Shown here piece by piece: positions 18,533 through 26,706 of a stretch of 64,000 nt of DNA; the stretch's first letter is position 1, and each line of letters opens with the position of its first letter. The stretch spans positions 4,416,001 to 4,480,000 of the forward strand of contig OY762428.1 of assembly GCA_963665665.1 (NCBI GenBank), read 5' to 3'. The translations under genes were made by a program, and so were the position numbers. The notes under the pieces are model-generated. The model did not search any database. It saw only the letters and a program-made list of their open reading frames with translations, and was not told the DNA's origin. The stretch is from Candidatus Kapaibacterium sp. (GTDB lineage: Bacteria; Bacteroidota; Ignavibacteria; Kapaibacteriales; UBA2268).

Positions 18533-19120
18533 TCATAATAATTCTTGTTCTGGTTTTAGAATTTCATAATTAAGTGTGTTGCCTAAATATTCAATATCAC
18601 AATCCCGGTTTCCATAGAATAGGCGGTCAATATTTGAGCAGGATTTATCTCCACCGAACCTTTCAATCAATTTGCTTATTGAATGCCTGAATTCTGACGG
18701 ACTGCTAATTCCCTTATCAATTACGAACACAATCCGGAACCTTTGGAACTCAGGTTTATGGCTTGGAGTGGTGTATAGTAACAAAGCATTTTCCTGTACG
18801 AATTCATCTTCAAAGGCTTCATGAAAGGTCAAATATCCTTCCTCTATGGTCTTTATTCGCTTATCATACTTCTTTGTAACCTTGTTATACTCCTTTACAT
18901 CATTATCAATGTCTATAGCCAGAATACGGGCAAAATCGACATCTTTTATTGATGGTTTCCTGCCTGAAGCAGTCGGTTTTAATACTCCTGGAGAAAAGGC
19001 AAATCCATCGGAAATATGATCCTGAAGGTTTTCTCCGGAAAATTCCACATTTTGCCAGCCATAAGTAGCAGGATTGGCTTTGTTAATCATGTTTTTGTTA
19101 ATGCTAAGTTGAAATTTCAT
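18533..19120 (-). CDS. AEP/PrimPol-like primase domain protein
   Basis: LAIDID, YTTPSH, RFRIVF, DKSCSNIDRLFYG; ATG 19120 with RBS GGAG. Confidence 0.7.
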   Translation of the reverse strand: MKFQLSINKNMINKANPATYGWQNVEFSGENLQDHISDGFAFSPGVLKPTASGRKPSIKDVDFARILAIDIDNDVKEYNKVTKKYDKRIKTIEEGYLTFHEAFEDEFVQENALLLYTTPSHKPEFQRFRIVFVIDKGISSPSEFRHSISKLIERFGGDKSCSNIDRLFYGNRDCDIEYLGNTLNYEILKPEQELL

Positions 19121-19294
19121 TTCAATCTCCTGATTATAGTTTGAATTATTTGTTTGCGATGATTGCAAATAAACCCTGGATGAGCGAAATATTTAAACAA
19201 AGGGATTATAAAATATTTTTACATAATTAGGGTTGACAGCTGACAAGGATTTTCTTCATTTACAATCAACTATCAACCTCCAATTATCAAATAA

Positions 19295-21256
19295 TCATGC
19301 TGCTTGTTCAGTTTCAATTTTCAATTCAGAATCACCTACCTTTGTAACAATCATCTGTAATCCGGATTCCATGGCTTTGGATTTGAACTCATTGAAAGTA
19401 TCCTGATCCAGTTTTTCAATTCCATCCACACAGATAATCCCAAGATCACCGGCCCTTAGTTTGGCAACCTCTACTGCAAGTTTCACCTGTTCAGCAGTAT
19501 TCAGTTTGTCGAATACAACTTCCTTACTGTAAATCTCGCCGTCCTTGATTTCAAGGCCTTTTATTGGCAATACTTTCATCAGGTCGCTTTTCATATTATC
19601 AAGGTTACCAATAGCCTGTGACAGCTTCTCAGATTCTTCTTTAAGTTGTTTGCACTCTTCTTCGAACTGCTGTAACAGTTCCCTTGTTTTCTCCTGTGAA
19701 GAAATCTCTTTCTGCTTTTCCTTAAGCCCTGAAATCTTATCTACAAGCGGAATATACTTTTCATCAAATTTGGTCTGGATATCTTCTTTCTGCTTTTCAA
19801 ATTGTTCATGGATCCCCTGTTTAATCTCGTCATGTTCATTCCTGAGCTTGTTAATCTCGGTTTCGAACCGTTCAGCTTCCTCATCAAGGCTGGCAATTTT
19901 AAAATTAGTAGCTTTGTCCAGAAAGAAGCTCTTTTTAGATTCCATATCTCCCTTCTTGTTTTCAAGCTCTTTGAGCCTGTCTGAGATTGATTCAGGCAAA
20001 ATATCAGCTGTAGTAACAGATCCCTGTAATTGTGTCATCGTAGAAAGCTTTTCTTTCAAAGCCCTATTCACTCCTGTTCTTTCATCATAGAATTGCTTCT
20101 GAATTTTTGAAATAGCTTCGAGGGCATGTTCCGATAAATCTGCATTGACCTTGCCGCTCATACCGTTCAGGTATTGCTCAAGGCTTTCCGTAGTGATTTT
20201 CATTGGTATAGCTTCAAGCAGGTAATTAACCCTGTTCTTCTTATCAGCCGATAAGAAATGCACCGGATTTACTGAAATCATATCTATCAGCTTGTCAATG
20301 TATCCTTGTGGCTTACTAATGCTGTTTCCTTCTGCATCATGAAGTTTGATATTAGATTTGTTGGCTGTTACTGTTTTGCTTAGATGAACGCCGTCATCCA
20401 GTACAAGAACAATTTCGCCCTTATCAGTTCCGTTCCTGAGAAGCTTTGCATCATGACCGCCTTTCAGGGCATGTTTGATAGATTCAAGGATACTGGTCTT
20501 GCCAGTTCCATTCTTTCCTTCAATGAGTGTGAAATTACCCGGTGAGAATTCAATATCCTCTATCCCGAGCAAATTGGATATTTTTATCTTTTGAATATTC
20601 ATGTCCGTTTCTCCTGGTTTATTATTCTTTGGTTTGTTTTGGAAGTATTCTTCCAGCTTTCTGCTCTGAATAAATTCAAGAAAAGATGTGAGCAGTTCAT
20701 TTAAATCACTGTCCAGATCAGGATAGCGGTCAAATGAGAACTGCTCTATTCCTCTTAGCTGAATGCCGTTTTTTGCATCGTAGAAGCAGAATACATTGTA
20801 GCTGACTTTCTCTGCTTCAAATATGTCCATATAGTATTTCCATTGGCATGACTGAAAGTACCTTTCAAAGCTGAAGCCTCCCCAGCAGGTCTTGTTTTCA
20901 TAAACATAGTTGCCGAATAGCTGGTCAACTTTAGCTACTACTTCAACCTGTTCATTTCCAATATCATATACTTTCGTTGTCTTGACTTCGAACGATGCTT
21001 CCTGATTAATAGCCTGATAGCATTGGGCTATGATATCATAGTTAAACTCAATTCCGTTTTTGGCTATGAAGCATTTCTTCTCTTCCGAATACCTTTCATT
21101 AATCTTTTCAAGAATATCATGGAACGCTGTTCCAAGTTCCATGTACCTTGATGGTTCATACTTGCCCCTGATTCGTTTCAGCAGGGCTTCCTCTTCTAAT
21201 GAACCTTTCAGGTAATTCCGGAAAGATTCTATTGTTGTTACTGAGATTTTAAGCAT
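19295..21256 (-). CDS. PD-(D/E)XK (Cas4-like) nuclease fused to an SMC/SbcC-like AAA ATPase
   Basis: N-terminal GTAFH...KVD....YENKT...QWKYY; C-terminal GKNGTGKT, coiled coil, ICVDGIE; internal RBS and ATG at 20602. Confidence 0.8.
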   Translation of the reverse strand: MLKISVTTIESFRNYLKGSLEEEALLKRIRGKYEPSRYMELGTAFHDILEKINERYSEEKKCFIAKNGIEFNYDIIAQCYQAINQEASFEVKTTKVYDIGNEQVEVVAKVDQLFGNYVYENKTCWGGFSFERYFQSCQWKYYMDIFEAEKVSYNVFCFYDAKNGIQLRGIEQFSFDRYPDLDSDLNELLTSFLEFIQSRKLEEYFQNKPKNNKPGETDMNIQKIKISNLLGIEDIEFSPGNFTLIEGKNGTGKTSILESIKHALKGGHDAKLLRNGTDKGEIVLVLDDGVHLSKTVTANKSNIKLHDAEGNSISKPQGYIDKLIDMISVNPVHFLSADKKNRVNYLLEAIPMKITTESLEQYLNGMSGKVNADLSEHALEAISKIQKQFYDERTGVNRALKEKLSTMTQLQGSVTTADILPESISDRLKELENKKGDMESKKSFFLDKATNFKIASLDEEAERFETEINKLRNEHDEIKQGIHEQFEKQKEDIQTKFDEKYIPLVDKISGLKEKQKEISSQEKTRELLQQFEEECKQLKEESEKLSQAIGNLDNMKSDLMKVLPIKGLEIKDGEIYSKEVVFDKLNTAEQVKLAVEVAKLRAGDLGIICVDGIEKLDQDTFNEFKSKAMESGLQMIVTKVGDSELKIETEQAA

Positions 21257-21267
21257 TTCTGACCTCC

Positions 21268-22230
21268 TTATTCAAAACTGAAATCCGGTTCCGGAACTGC
21301 TTCTTTTATTGTGGGAACTGCCCTTGCTTCGACAATTGTAATAGGATAAAATTTCTTGTCATTTTTGTTGAATTCAAGATTCAGCTCTTTTGCTCTTTGC
21401 TGAATTTTATCCCATAACTGCTTCTTAATTCCGTTTTTAAGTCCAGAAATATCCTGCATGAAAGAGTTTATTTCATCATCTGAACTCATGTTCTTTACTT
21501 TGCTGTTGAGATCATTGATTAGCTTTACTGTTTCAGCCTGGCTTTGTGTCTGTCCGTTTATTGCGTCTTTCATTTCCTGCATCAGGCCTGAAAAATAATC
21601 CGGCACACTGTTGAAATTTGGTATTTCCAATGCCGGAAACTTTGCTGAGTTCTTGCCAATCCAGTAATCAGTCGGATTGAAATCTATTGTTCTTTTATTA
21701 TCCCGTATAAACAAATAACCTGCAAAATCCGCTGTTTGAAGAACTCTGTCATAGCTTCCACCTGTTATTGCCGGCCTTTTGATCCTTAGATCACCTTCAT
21801 CCTTTTCCTTAACATGGGCAATCATCACCACATCTTTGCCGAGTGTTTTGAGCTTGCCTACGAATAGTGAAAACTCATCTTTCAGCCTGCCGAAGAACTG
21901 AAGCTTATTTCTGGCAAGCTTTGGTTCCTGATCTACAATCCATGCCCCTATATAATCCAATAGGGTGTCTATGGTATCAAGAATGATGGTATCATACTGG
22001 TTGAATGTTTTGATCAGCTCTGACATATTATTATTTATCTGCTTCCACGATTCAATGACCATTACATCCTTACGGAATTCGATTCTGTGAACTCCCTTGT
22101 CAAAGTCAAGTGTTAGCGGTTTTAACGCTGTATTTACAAGGCTTGTTTTGCCTGCTCCCGGTTCTCCATAGATAAGTACATTGACAGTATCTATGCGTAA
22201 GGGTTCATCGGATTTAACTATTTTAAACAT
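21268..22230 (-). CDS. Sak4-like AAA_24 ssDNA-annealing protein
   Basis: LIYGEPGAGKT, IILDT, MIAH motifs; adjacent to nuclease. Confidence 0.85.
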   Translation of the reverse strand: MFKIVKSDEPLRIDTVNVLIYGEPGAGKTSLVNTALKPLTLDFDKGVHRIEFRKDVMVIESWKQINNNMSELIKTFNQYDTIILDTIDTLLDYIGAWIVDQEPKLARNKLQFFGRLKDEFSLFVGKLKTLGKDVVMIAHVKEKDEGDLRIKRPAITGGSYDRVLQTADFAGYLFIRDNKRTIDFNPTDYWIGKNSAKFPALEIPNFNSVPDYFSGLMQEMKDAINGQTQSQAETVKLINDLNSKVKNMSSDDEINSFMQDISGLKNGIKKQLWDKIQQRAKELNLEFNKNDKKFYPITIVEARAVPTIKEAVPEPDFSFE

Positions 22231-22232
22231 AT

Positions 22233-22373
22233 TCAGACTCCTTTATTTATCAATATTATTGCTATTAGTAAAAGTGTTATCGAGATATAAATCCCGATCA
22301 TGGCTATCCTGCTGGCAGCTTTTCTGCTTACTGGAGGATAGTAATTCAATTTCTTTAGTTTTATCTGTTTCAT
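22233..22373 (-). CDS. 46-aa single-TM small protein (not in ORF track)
   Basis: MKQIKLKKLNYYPPVSRKAASRIAMIGIYISITLLLIAIILINKGV*; RBS AGAGG; fills the operon gap. Confidence 0.55.
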   Translation of the reverse strand: MKQIKLKKLNYYPPVSRKAASRIAMIGIYISITLLLIAIILINKGV

Positions 22374-22428
22374 GCTTACCTCTTTGTTAGTTGATAGTTG
22401 ACAGTTGAAAATTGATAGTTGTTTTCTT

Positions 22429-23622
22429 TCACTTTACACTCTCCACTTTCAACTTTCCACTGGTAAAAGGCCTGTCGTAATTCTCGATATTTTCAAGGAT
22501 ATTAACAGAAGCGGTTTCCAGTTCATATCTCAGATCAGGCTGAACATTCTGGGCTAAGTAGGTAAGGCTTTGTACTGCTCCGAATCCTGTAGTATCCCGA
22601 CCGAGCATGAAATAGTTCAATAGCTCGCTTTTCCTTTCCTCGGAGAATCCTAAGGAAACACTTATATTATTAACTGCATCTACCGGATGTTCAAGTAGTT
22701 TCGAACCTTTCATTGTCATTTCGTCAAGTACTTTGCCGATATAATCTTCTGATAAATAGGCCTTGACAGCATCCTGAACCTGGCACTGGATTAATTCCAG
22801 CTCCTTCTGCCGGGTACTCTCGCTCCAATCGAATGTCCCAACATCCATCTTCGTTCCGAGGTGTTTCTCGGCAATTTTATCTTTGTGGAGGATCATTCCG
22901 TTCCGGCAGGCTAAAACTGTAAGCCTTGGCGCTATTGTAAATGTTGCATGTCCGGTTTCTGAATTGCTCAGTACAAATCCGGTACAAACCCCGAACCCTC
23001 CGTCATTGTTATTGCCGTTTGGAACATTGTAGTTCTTTAGAAGCTCCGGAGCGGATTTTACAATATCAGGGGCAATAAACCTGACATACATTCTCTGTTC
23101 TGTAAGGTCTGCGCTTTCAATTATTACATTCCTATCTGAACTTTTAATAGCATCAAGGGCTGTAATCAGTATATCAAGATGGTCGATCACTTTGAACCTG
23201 TCGCTTAAGAAAGCTCTTGCTATTCCGTTTGAACCGTTATTACAGGTAAAAGTCCTCAGGAAATAATTTGAAGGCTTTCTGCCTAACCACTCGGACACAT
23301 TGTAGTCAAGCATCTCTACTGCTTCGGTTCTCATTTTCTCATAATACCTGCCTGGGATACCAAGCTTGTCAGATATTTGAGCGTGGCATGAATCAGTCAG
23401 ATCAAATATCTCATTATTAGATTCTCCGGATGATGAAATACCTGATTCTTTAAGCAGGTCCTGAAGCTCTACATCAGATTCCTGATTCAACAGATTAAGC
23501 CTGCCCTCTCTCATTGAGATGGCTGTCGATGGGACTATCAAATCCCTTTTTCTGATCTTCTGACTTTCAAGTTTCTCAACCAGAACCTGTAAGTCAACTT
23601 TTGCAAAATTTTCTTGTTCCAT
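22429..23622 (-). CDS. DUF932-family protein
   Basis: RAFLSDRF..IDH, LSNSETG...RLTVLACRNG. Confidence 0.8.
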   Translation of the reverse strand: MEQENFAKVDLQVLVEKLESQKIRKRDLIVPSTAISMREGRLNLLNQESDVELQDLLKESGISSSGESNNEIFDLTDSCHAQISDKLGIPGRYYEKMRTEAVEMLDYNVSEWLGRKPSNYFLRTFTCNNGSNGIARAFLSDRFKVIDHLDILITALDAIKSSDRNVIIESADLTEQRMYVRFIAPDIVKSAPELLKNYNVPNGNNNDGGFGVCTGFVLSNSETGHATFTIAPRLTVLACRNGMILHKDKIAEKHLGTKMDVGTFDWSESTRQKELELIQCQVQDAVKAYLSEDYIGKVLDEMTMKGSKLLEHPVDAVNNISVSLGFSEERKSELLNYFMLGRDTTGFGAVQSLTYLAQNVQPDLRYELETASVNILENIENYDRPFTSGKLKVESVK

Positions 23623-23635
23623 TAGAATTTTCTCC

Positions 23636-23845
23636 TTATCTTTGATTTGGAATTAAAGTATTCTTGAAGGCCTTTTGAGTACCAGTCAAAGGGCTTTCTT
23701 CTTTTTTATGCTTAGTTATGTATTCCGCAATTGCTTCTCTGACCTGGACAGTAATTGGTTTTCTGATACCATTCTGTTTCAGGTTTTCTCTTCTGTGATA
23801 TAGCTCTGTAACAAGCTCCGGATCAATTTTCATGAAGTATGCCAT
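23636..23845 (-). CDS. Small RHH-like DNA-binding protein
   Basis: beta-alpha-alpha pattern ending VREAIAEYI; RBS AGGAG. Confidence 0.6.
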   Translation of the reverse strand: MAYFMKIDPELVTELYHRRENLKQNGIRKPITVQVREAIAEYITKHKKEESPLTGTQKAFKNTLIPNQR

Positions 23846-24233
23846 CTAACACTCCTTCATTTATTTTCAATCCAAGTTTGTTAAGAATAGGTGTGATCTC
23901 TGAAGAGCTTACAAGCCTTCCTCCGTTAACTGACCAGAATGTATCGAACCACCATTTCATGCCCGGGCATCTGAAACGCCATAATGAGAATTGGGGTATA
24001 TTACTTTTAACCAGAAATACAAAGACTTCGGTTTTATTCTCATCTACGAAACTTCCGATTGGCTCAGTGTCAGCTCCGGATTCTTTCCTGATGAACTGCT
24101 TAAAATCTTCATATTCATTTTCTGCTATGATACATCCGTCCCATACTGCGATGGTATATCCTTCTGAATTTATCCAGTCATTCTCTTCCGAAAACCATCT
24201 GGTTTTACCGTCTGCTTCAGTTGTTCTAATCAT
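23823..24233 (-). CDS. Hypothetical phage protein
   Basis: ATG 24233 overlaps the upstream stop; RBS GGAGG. Confidence 0.65.
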   Translation of the reverse strand: MIRTTEADGKTRWFSEENDWINSEGYTIAVWDGCIIAENEYEDFKQFIRKESGADTEPIGSFVDENKTEVFVFLVKSNIPQFSLWRFRCPGMKWWFDTFWSVNGGRLVSSSEITPILNKLGLKINEGVLDGILHEN

Positions 24234-24451
24234 GGTAAGTCCTCCGATCCCCAATTTCCGCTAACATTGTTCTGATCGGCTATTTTCTGGACTTCTCTTT
24301 CCAGCTTGACAGTTTCTGATTTTGATCTTGTTCCGAAATAGAATGATCGAAGATTGTAACTGACTCCGTCTGCTGAATACTTTGATTTATTTAAAGCTGA
24401 CTTGAAAACCGAAAAATCTTTTTCATCTTCGCATGTGAAAACTAAGTTCAT
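24230..24451 (-). CDS. Hypothetical phage protein
   Basis: ATGA coupling with neighbours; RBS AGGAG. Confidence 0.6.
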   Translation of the reverse strand: MNLVFTCEDEKDFSVFKSALNKSKYSADGVSYNLRSFYFGTRSKSETVKLEREVQKIADQNNVSGNWGSEDLP

Positions 24452-24678
24452 AGCGTCTCCTTTTCTGATAATTCCTCTATCGTGTCGTCAACGGTCACCA
24501 TAGAACCGCCAAGGTAATCATGTTCTTTCAGTATTGCTGTTTTGATGTGAGCATACCAGTACATTTCCGCCCTGGATTTTGTAGTTCCTTCAGGAATGAT
24601 GTTTCTTGCTTCCTCAAGAAGCTCAAGCATCTCTTCTCTGATCTCTTCGAGCCTTTCTTTTGCACGGTCTTTTCCCAT
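24448..24678 (-). CDS. Hypothetical phage protein
   Basis: Acidic helical ORF in the early operon; RBS AAGGA. Confidence 0.65.
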   Translation of the reverse strand: MGKDRAKERLEEIREEMLELLEEARNIIPEGTTKSRAEMYWYAHIKTAILKEHDYLGGSMVTVDDTIEELSEKETL

Positions 24679-24736
24679 GGTATTTCCTTAAATCGTTATA
24701 AAATTGATTAATTATTTTTCCTGCATGGCAGGATGA

Positions 24737-25045
24737 TTAGCTCAGGTAAGTGGCTTTTAATCTCGCCATAACTTCATCTTTTTTTGAACTGCTTGGAGCC
24801 GGTTTATGTACCATTACCATCTTTTCTGTTCTTTGTCTTATATCCTGCATATTCAGTTCACAGGCCTTGTAAAAATCTTCATATCTGTATTTTGGTAATG
24901 AGCCGGAATATGTAAAGGGCTTTAGCCATTTATTCCTGACCCATCGGTACAGTTCCTTTTCACCGATTCCGAATTGGGTAAGCTCTCTGATATTATAAAG
25001 CTTCATTTTCAAGTATCCGTCGGTTTTATTATCAACTTTTTTCAC
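24737..25045 (-). CDS. Excisionase-like winged-HTH protein
   Basis: YNIRELTQFGIGEKELYRWVRNKWLKP...YRYED. Confidence 0.65.
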   Translation of the reverse strand: MKKVDNKTDGYLKMKLYNIRELTQFGIGEKELYRWVRNKWLKPFTYSGSLPKYRYEDFYKACELNMQDIRQRTEKMVMVHKPAPSSSKKDEVMARLKATYLS

Positions 25046-25087
25046 CTTTCTTCCTTCGATTCTTCTACAAAAAGGGTGATTTCATTA

Positions 25088-25366
25088 TCAAATTGCGGTT
25101 TTGTTATTACTGTAATTAGAATTATTTTCTAACTCTTCTAATTCTCTTTCGATATTAATGGATTTTGCATGAATCAGCTCCCTAAGAGCCCTTTTCTTAC
25201 TTATCCTTGTTTCTGCTTCGTACTTAGCAGCAATTTCTAATGTTGCTGGATCATGTTGGACAAATATTCTGTGCCATGCCAATTGATGTGAACAACCGAG
25301 CTTCCGAGCGACTTTAGCCACTACCCCTCTGCTTAGTACGCTATTATATTTTCTCTGCTTTTCCAT
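25088..25366 (-). CDS. Cro-like HTH protein
   Basis: VAKVARKLGCSHQLAW HTH; divergent from the repressor. Confidence 0.65.
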   Translation of the reverse strand: MEKQRKYNSVLSRGVVAKVARKLGCSHQLAWHRIFVQHDPATLEIAAKYEAETRISKKRALRELIHAKSINIERELEELENNSNYSNNKTAI

Positions 25367-25418
25367 CTTAACTCATAATTTATTTGTTAATATTTGTAAT
25401 TTTTTGTAAATTACGTTT

Positions 25419-25489
25419 AAATAGATTTGAAATCTATTTTCAAAAACAAAAATAGAAAATATTTCCAATATATGCAAGAAATATTTTCT
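25419..25489. promoter_or_regulatory. Candidate operators of the CI/Cro switch
   Basis: AAATAGATTT-g-AAATCTATTT (25419-25439) and AGAAAATATTTC-N12-GAAATATTTTCT (25454-25489). Confidence 0.6.
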
Positions 25490-25517
25490 CATTCAGGAAA
25501 TTTTTGTTGAGGGAATA

Positions 25518-26186
25518 ATGAAAGAAAACAACAGAGAGATCGGAGAGAGGATATTTAACGTCATAAAAGAGCTGGAGCTTACAGTTGATAAGTTTGCCGA
25601 TGCTGTGGATACAACTAAATTCCGGTTATACAGTTATAAGGCTGGCAAGGCAGAGGCTCCTCAGGACTTATTAGAAGCATTAGAAGAAAAGTTAGGAATA
25701 AATCCTAAGTATATTAGAAAAGGTGAAGAACCAATGTTCTTAGGTAATACGGCTATTGCTCAAAGGCCTGCACCAAAAAATCTTGAATTATTTGGTGTGG
25801 AATCCAGGGAAGACAGAAGGATCCCGGTATTTCTGATGCCTGTTCCTGCAGGAAGTCCAAGCCCTATAGATGATTACATCGACCGATATTTCAATATTGA
25901 TAAACTTTTTAAGCAGAAGTCATTTATCATAAAAGTAACTGGCGATAGTATGATTGAAGCAGATATTAAGGAAGGCGACGAGTTGCTGATTGATGTCGAG
26001 GTTCAGTACCGGGATAATGATATTGTAATTGCATCTGTCGAAGGTAATCTAACACTAAAAAGGATTAAAAAGGTTAATGGTTATACATTGCTTCACCCCG
26101 AAAACCCAAAGTATGAACCAATTAAGGTTGACGGGGATACACAAATTCTTGGGGTCGTTACCAGAATAATGAGGACGCCCAAATAA
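25518..26186 (+). CDS. CI/LexA-like repressor with S24 peptidase
   Basis: N-terminal HTH; cleavage site VPAG, catalytic GDSM and TLKR. Confidence 0.92.
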   Translation: MKENNREIGERIFNVIKELELTVDKFADAVDTTKFRLYSYKAGKAEAPQDLLEALEEKLGINPKYIRKGEEPMFLGNTAIAQRPAPKNLELFGVESREDRRIPVFLMPVPAGSPSPIDDYIDRYFNIDKLFKQKSFIIKVTGDSMIEADIKEGDELLIDVEVQYRDNDIVIASVEGNLTLKRIKKVNGYTLLHPENPKYEPIKVDGDTQILGVVTRIMRTPK

Positions 26187-26203
26187 CTTATTAGGAGGCT
26201 GTC

Positions 26204-26671
26204 ATGAAGATCCGAAAAATTTACAAGGCATCAGATGAATATAAAAAGAAGCGATATAATGTAAAGTACTTCTACGAGGACGAGAATAATCTCAAATATG
26301 TTTCGGTTGATCCCGAAGAAAAGCAAAGGGCAATCTGGGAACATAATGAGATCAGAGAAATCTTTGCCCTTGAACATCTTTTAGTCGCTATTCTCGACGA
26401 TGACCTGCCCGAACTGGATTACAAGAAAAATGACCAAGTGCTGATAACCGACAGTCTCCCGCTAAAAAATTCTTGCTGTGTAGTGATATCATATGACGAA
26501 AATTATTATTTTGCAAAATATAATGAAGGTTCGGACAAGGATATTTTTACGCTTAAACCCTACTCGGATGATTTCCCGGAATTCACCGGGCAAGATAAAG
26601 GAGAATATGATATAATTGGAATGGTAGTTCTGCATGAACGAGGTGTGGAAGAGGAATGTTTGGCAGAGTAA
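26204..26671 (+). CDS. Degenerate S24-like domain protein
   Basis: C-terminal fold pattern (YKKNDQVLI...TLKP...YDIIGMVV) without the catalytic Ser motif. Confidence 0.55.
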   Translation: MKIRKIYKASDEYKKKRYNVKYFYEDENNLKYVSVDPEEKQRAIWEHNEIREIFALEHLLVAILDDDLPELDYKKNDQVLITDSLPLKNSCCVVISYDENYYFAKYNEGSDKDIFTLKPYSDDFPEFTGQDKGEYDIIGMVVLHERGVEEECLAE

Positions 26672-26706
26672 TTGTTGTATATTTTTCATCTTAGATACAA
26701 ACAGAA

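Noticed and set aside
20603-21256. CRISPR-associated cas4
   Set aside because: No cas1/cas2 or array; the context is a phage recombination module.
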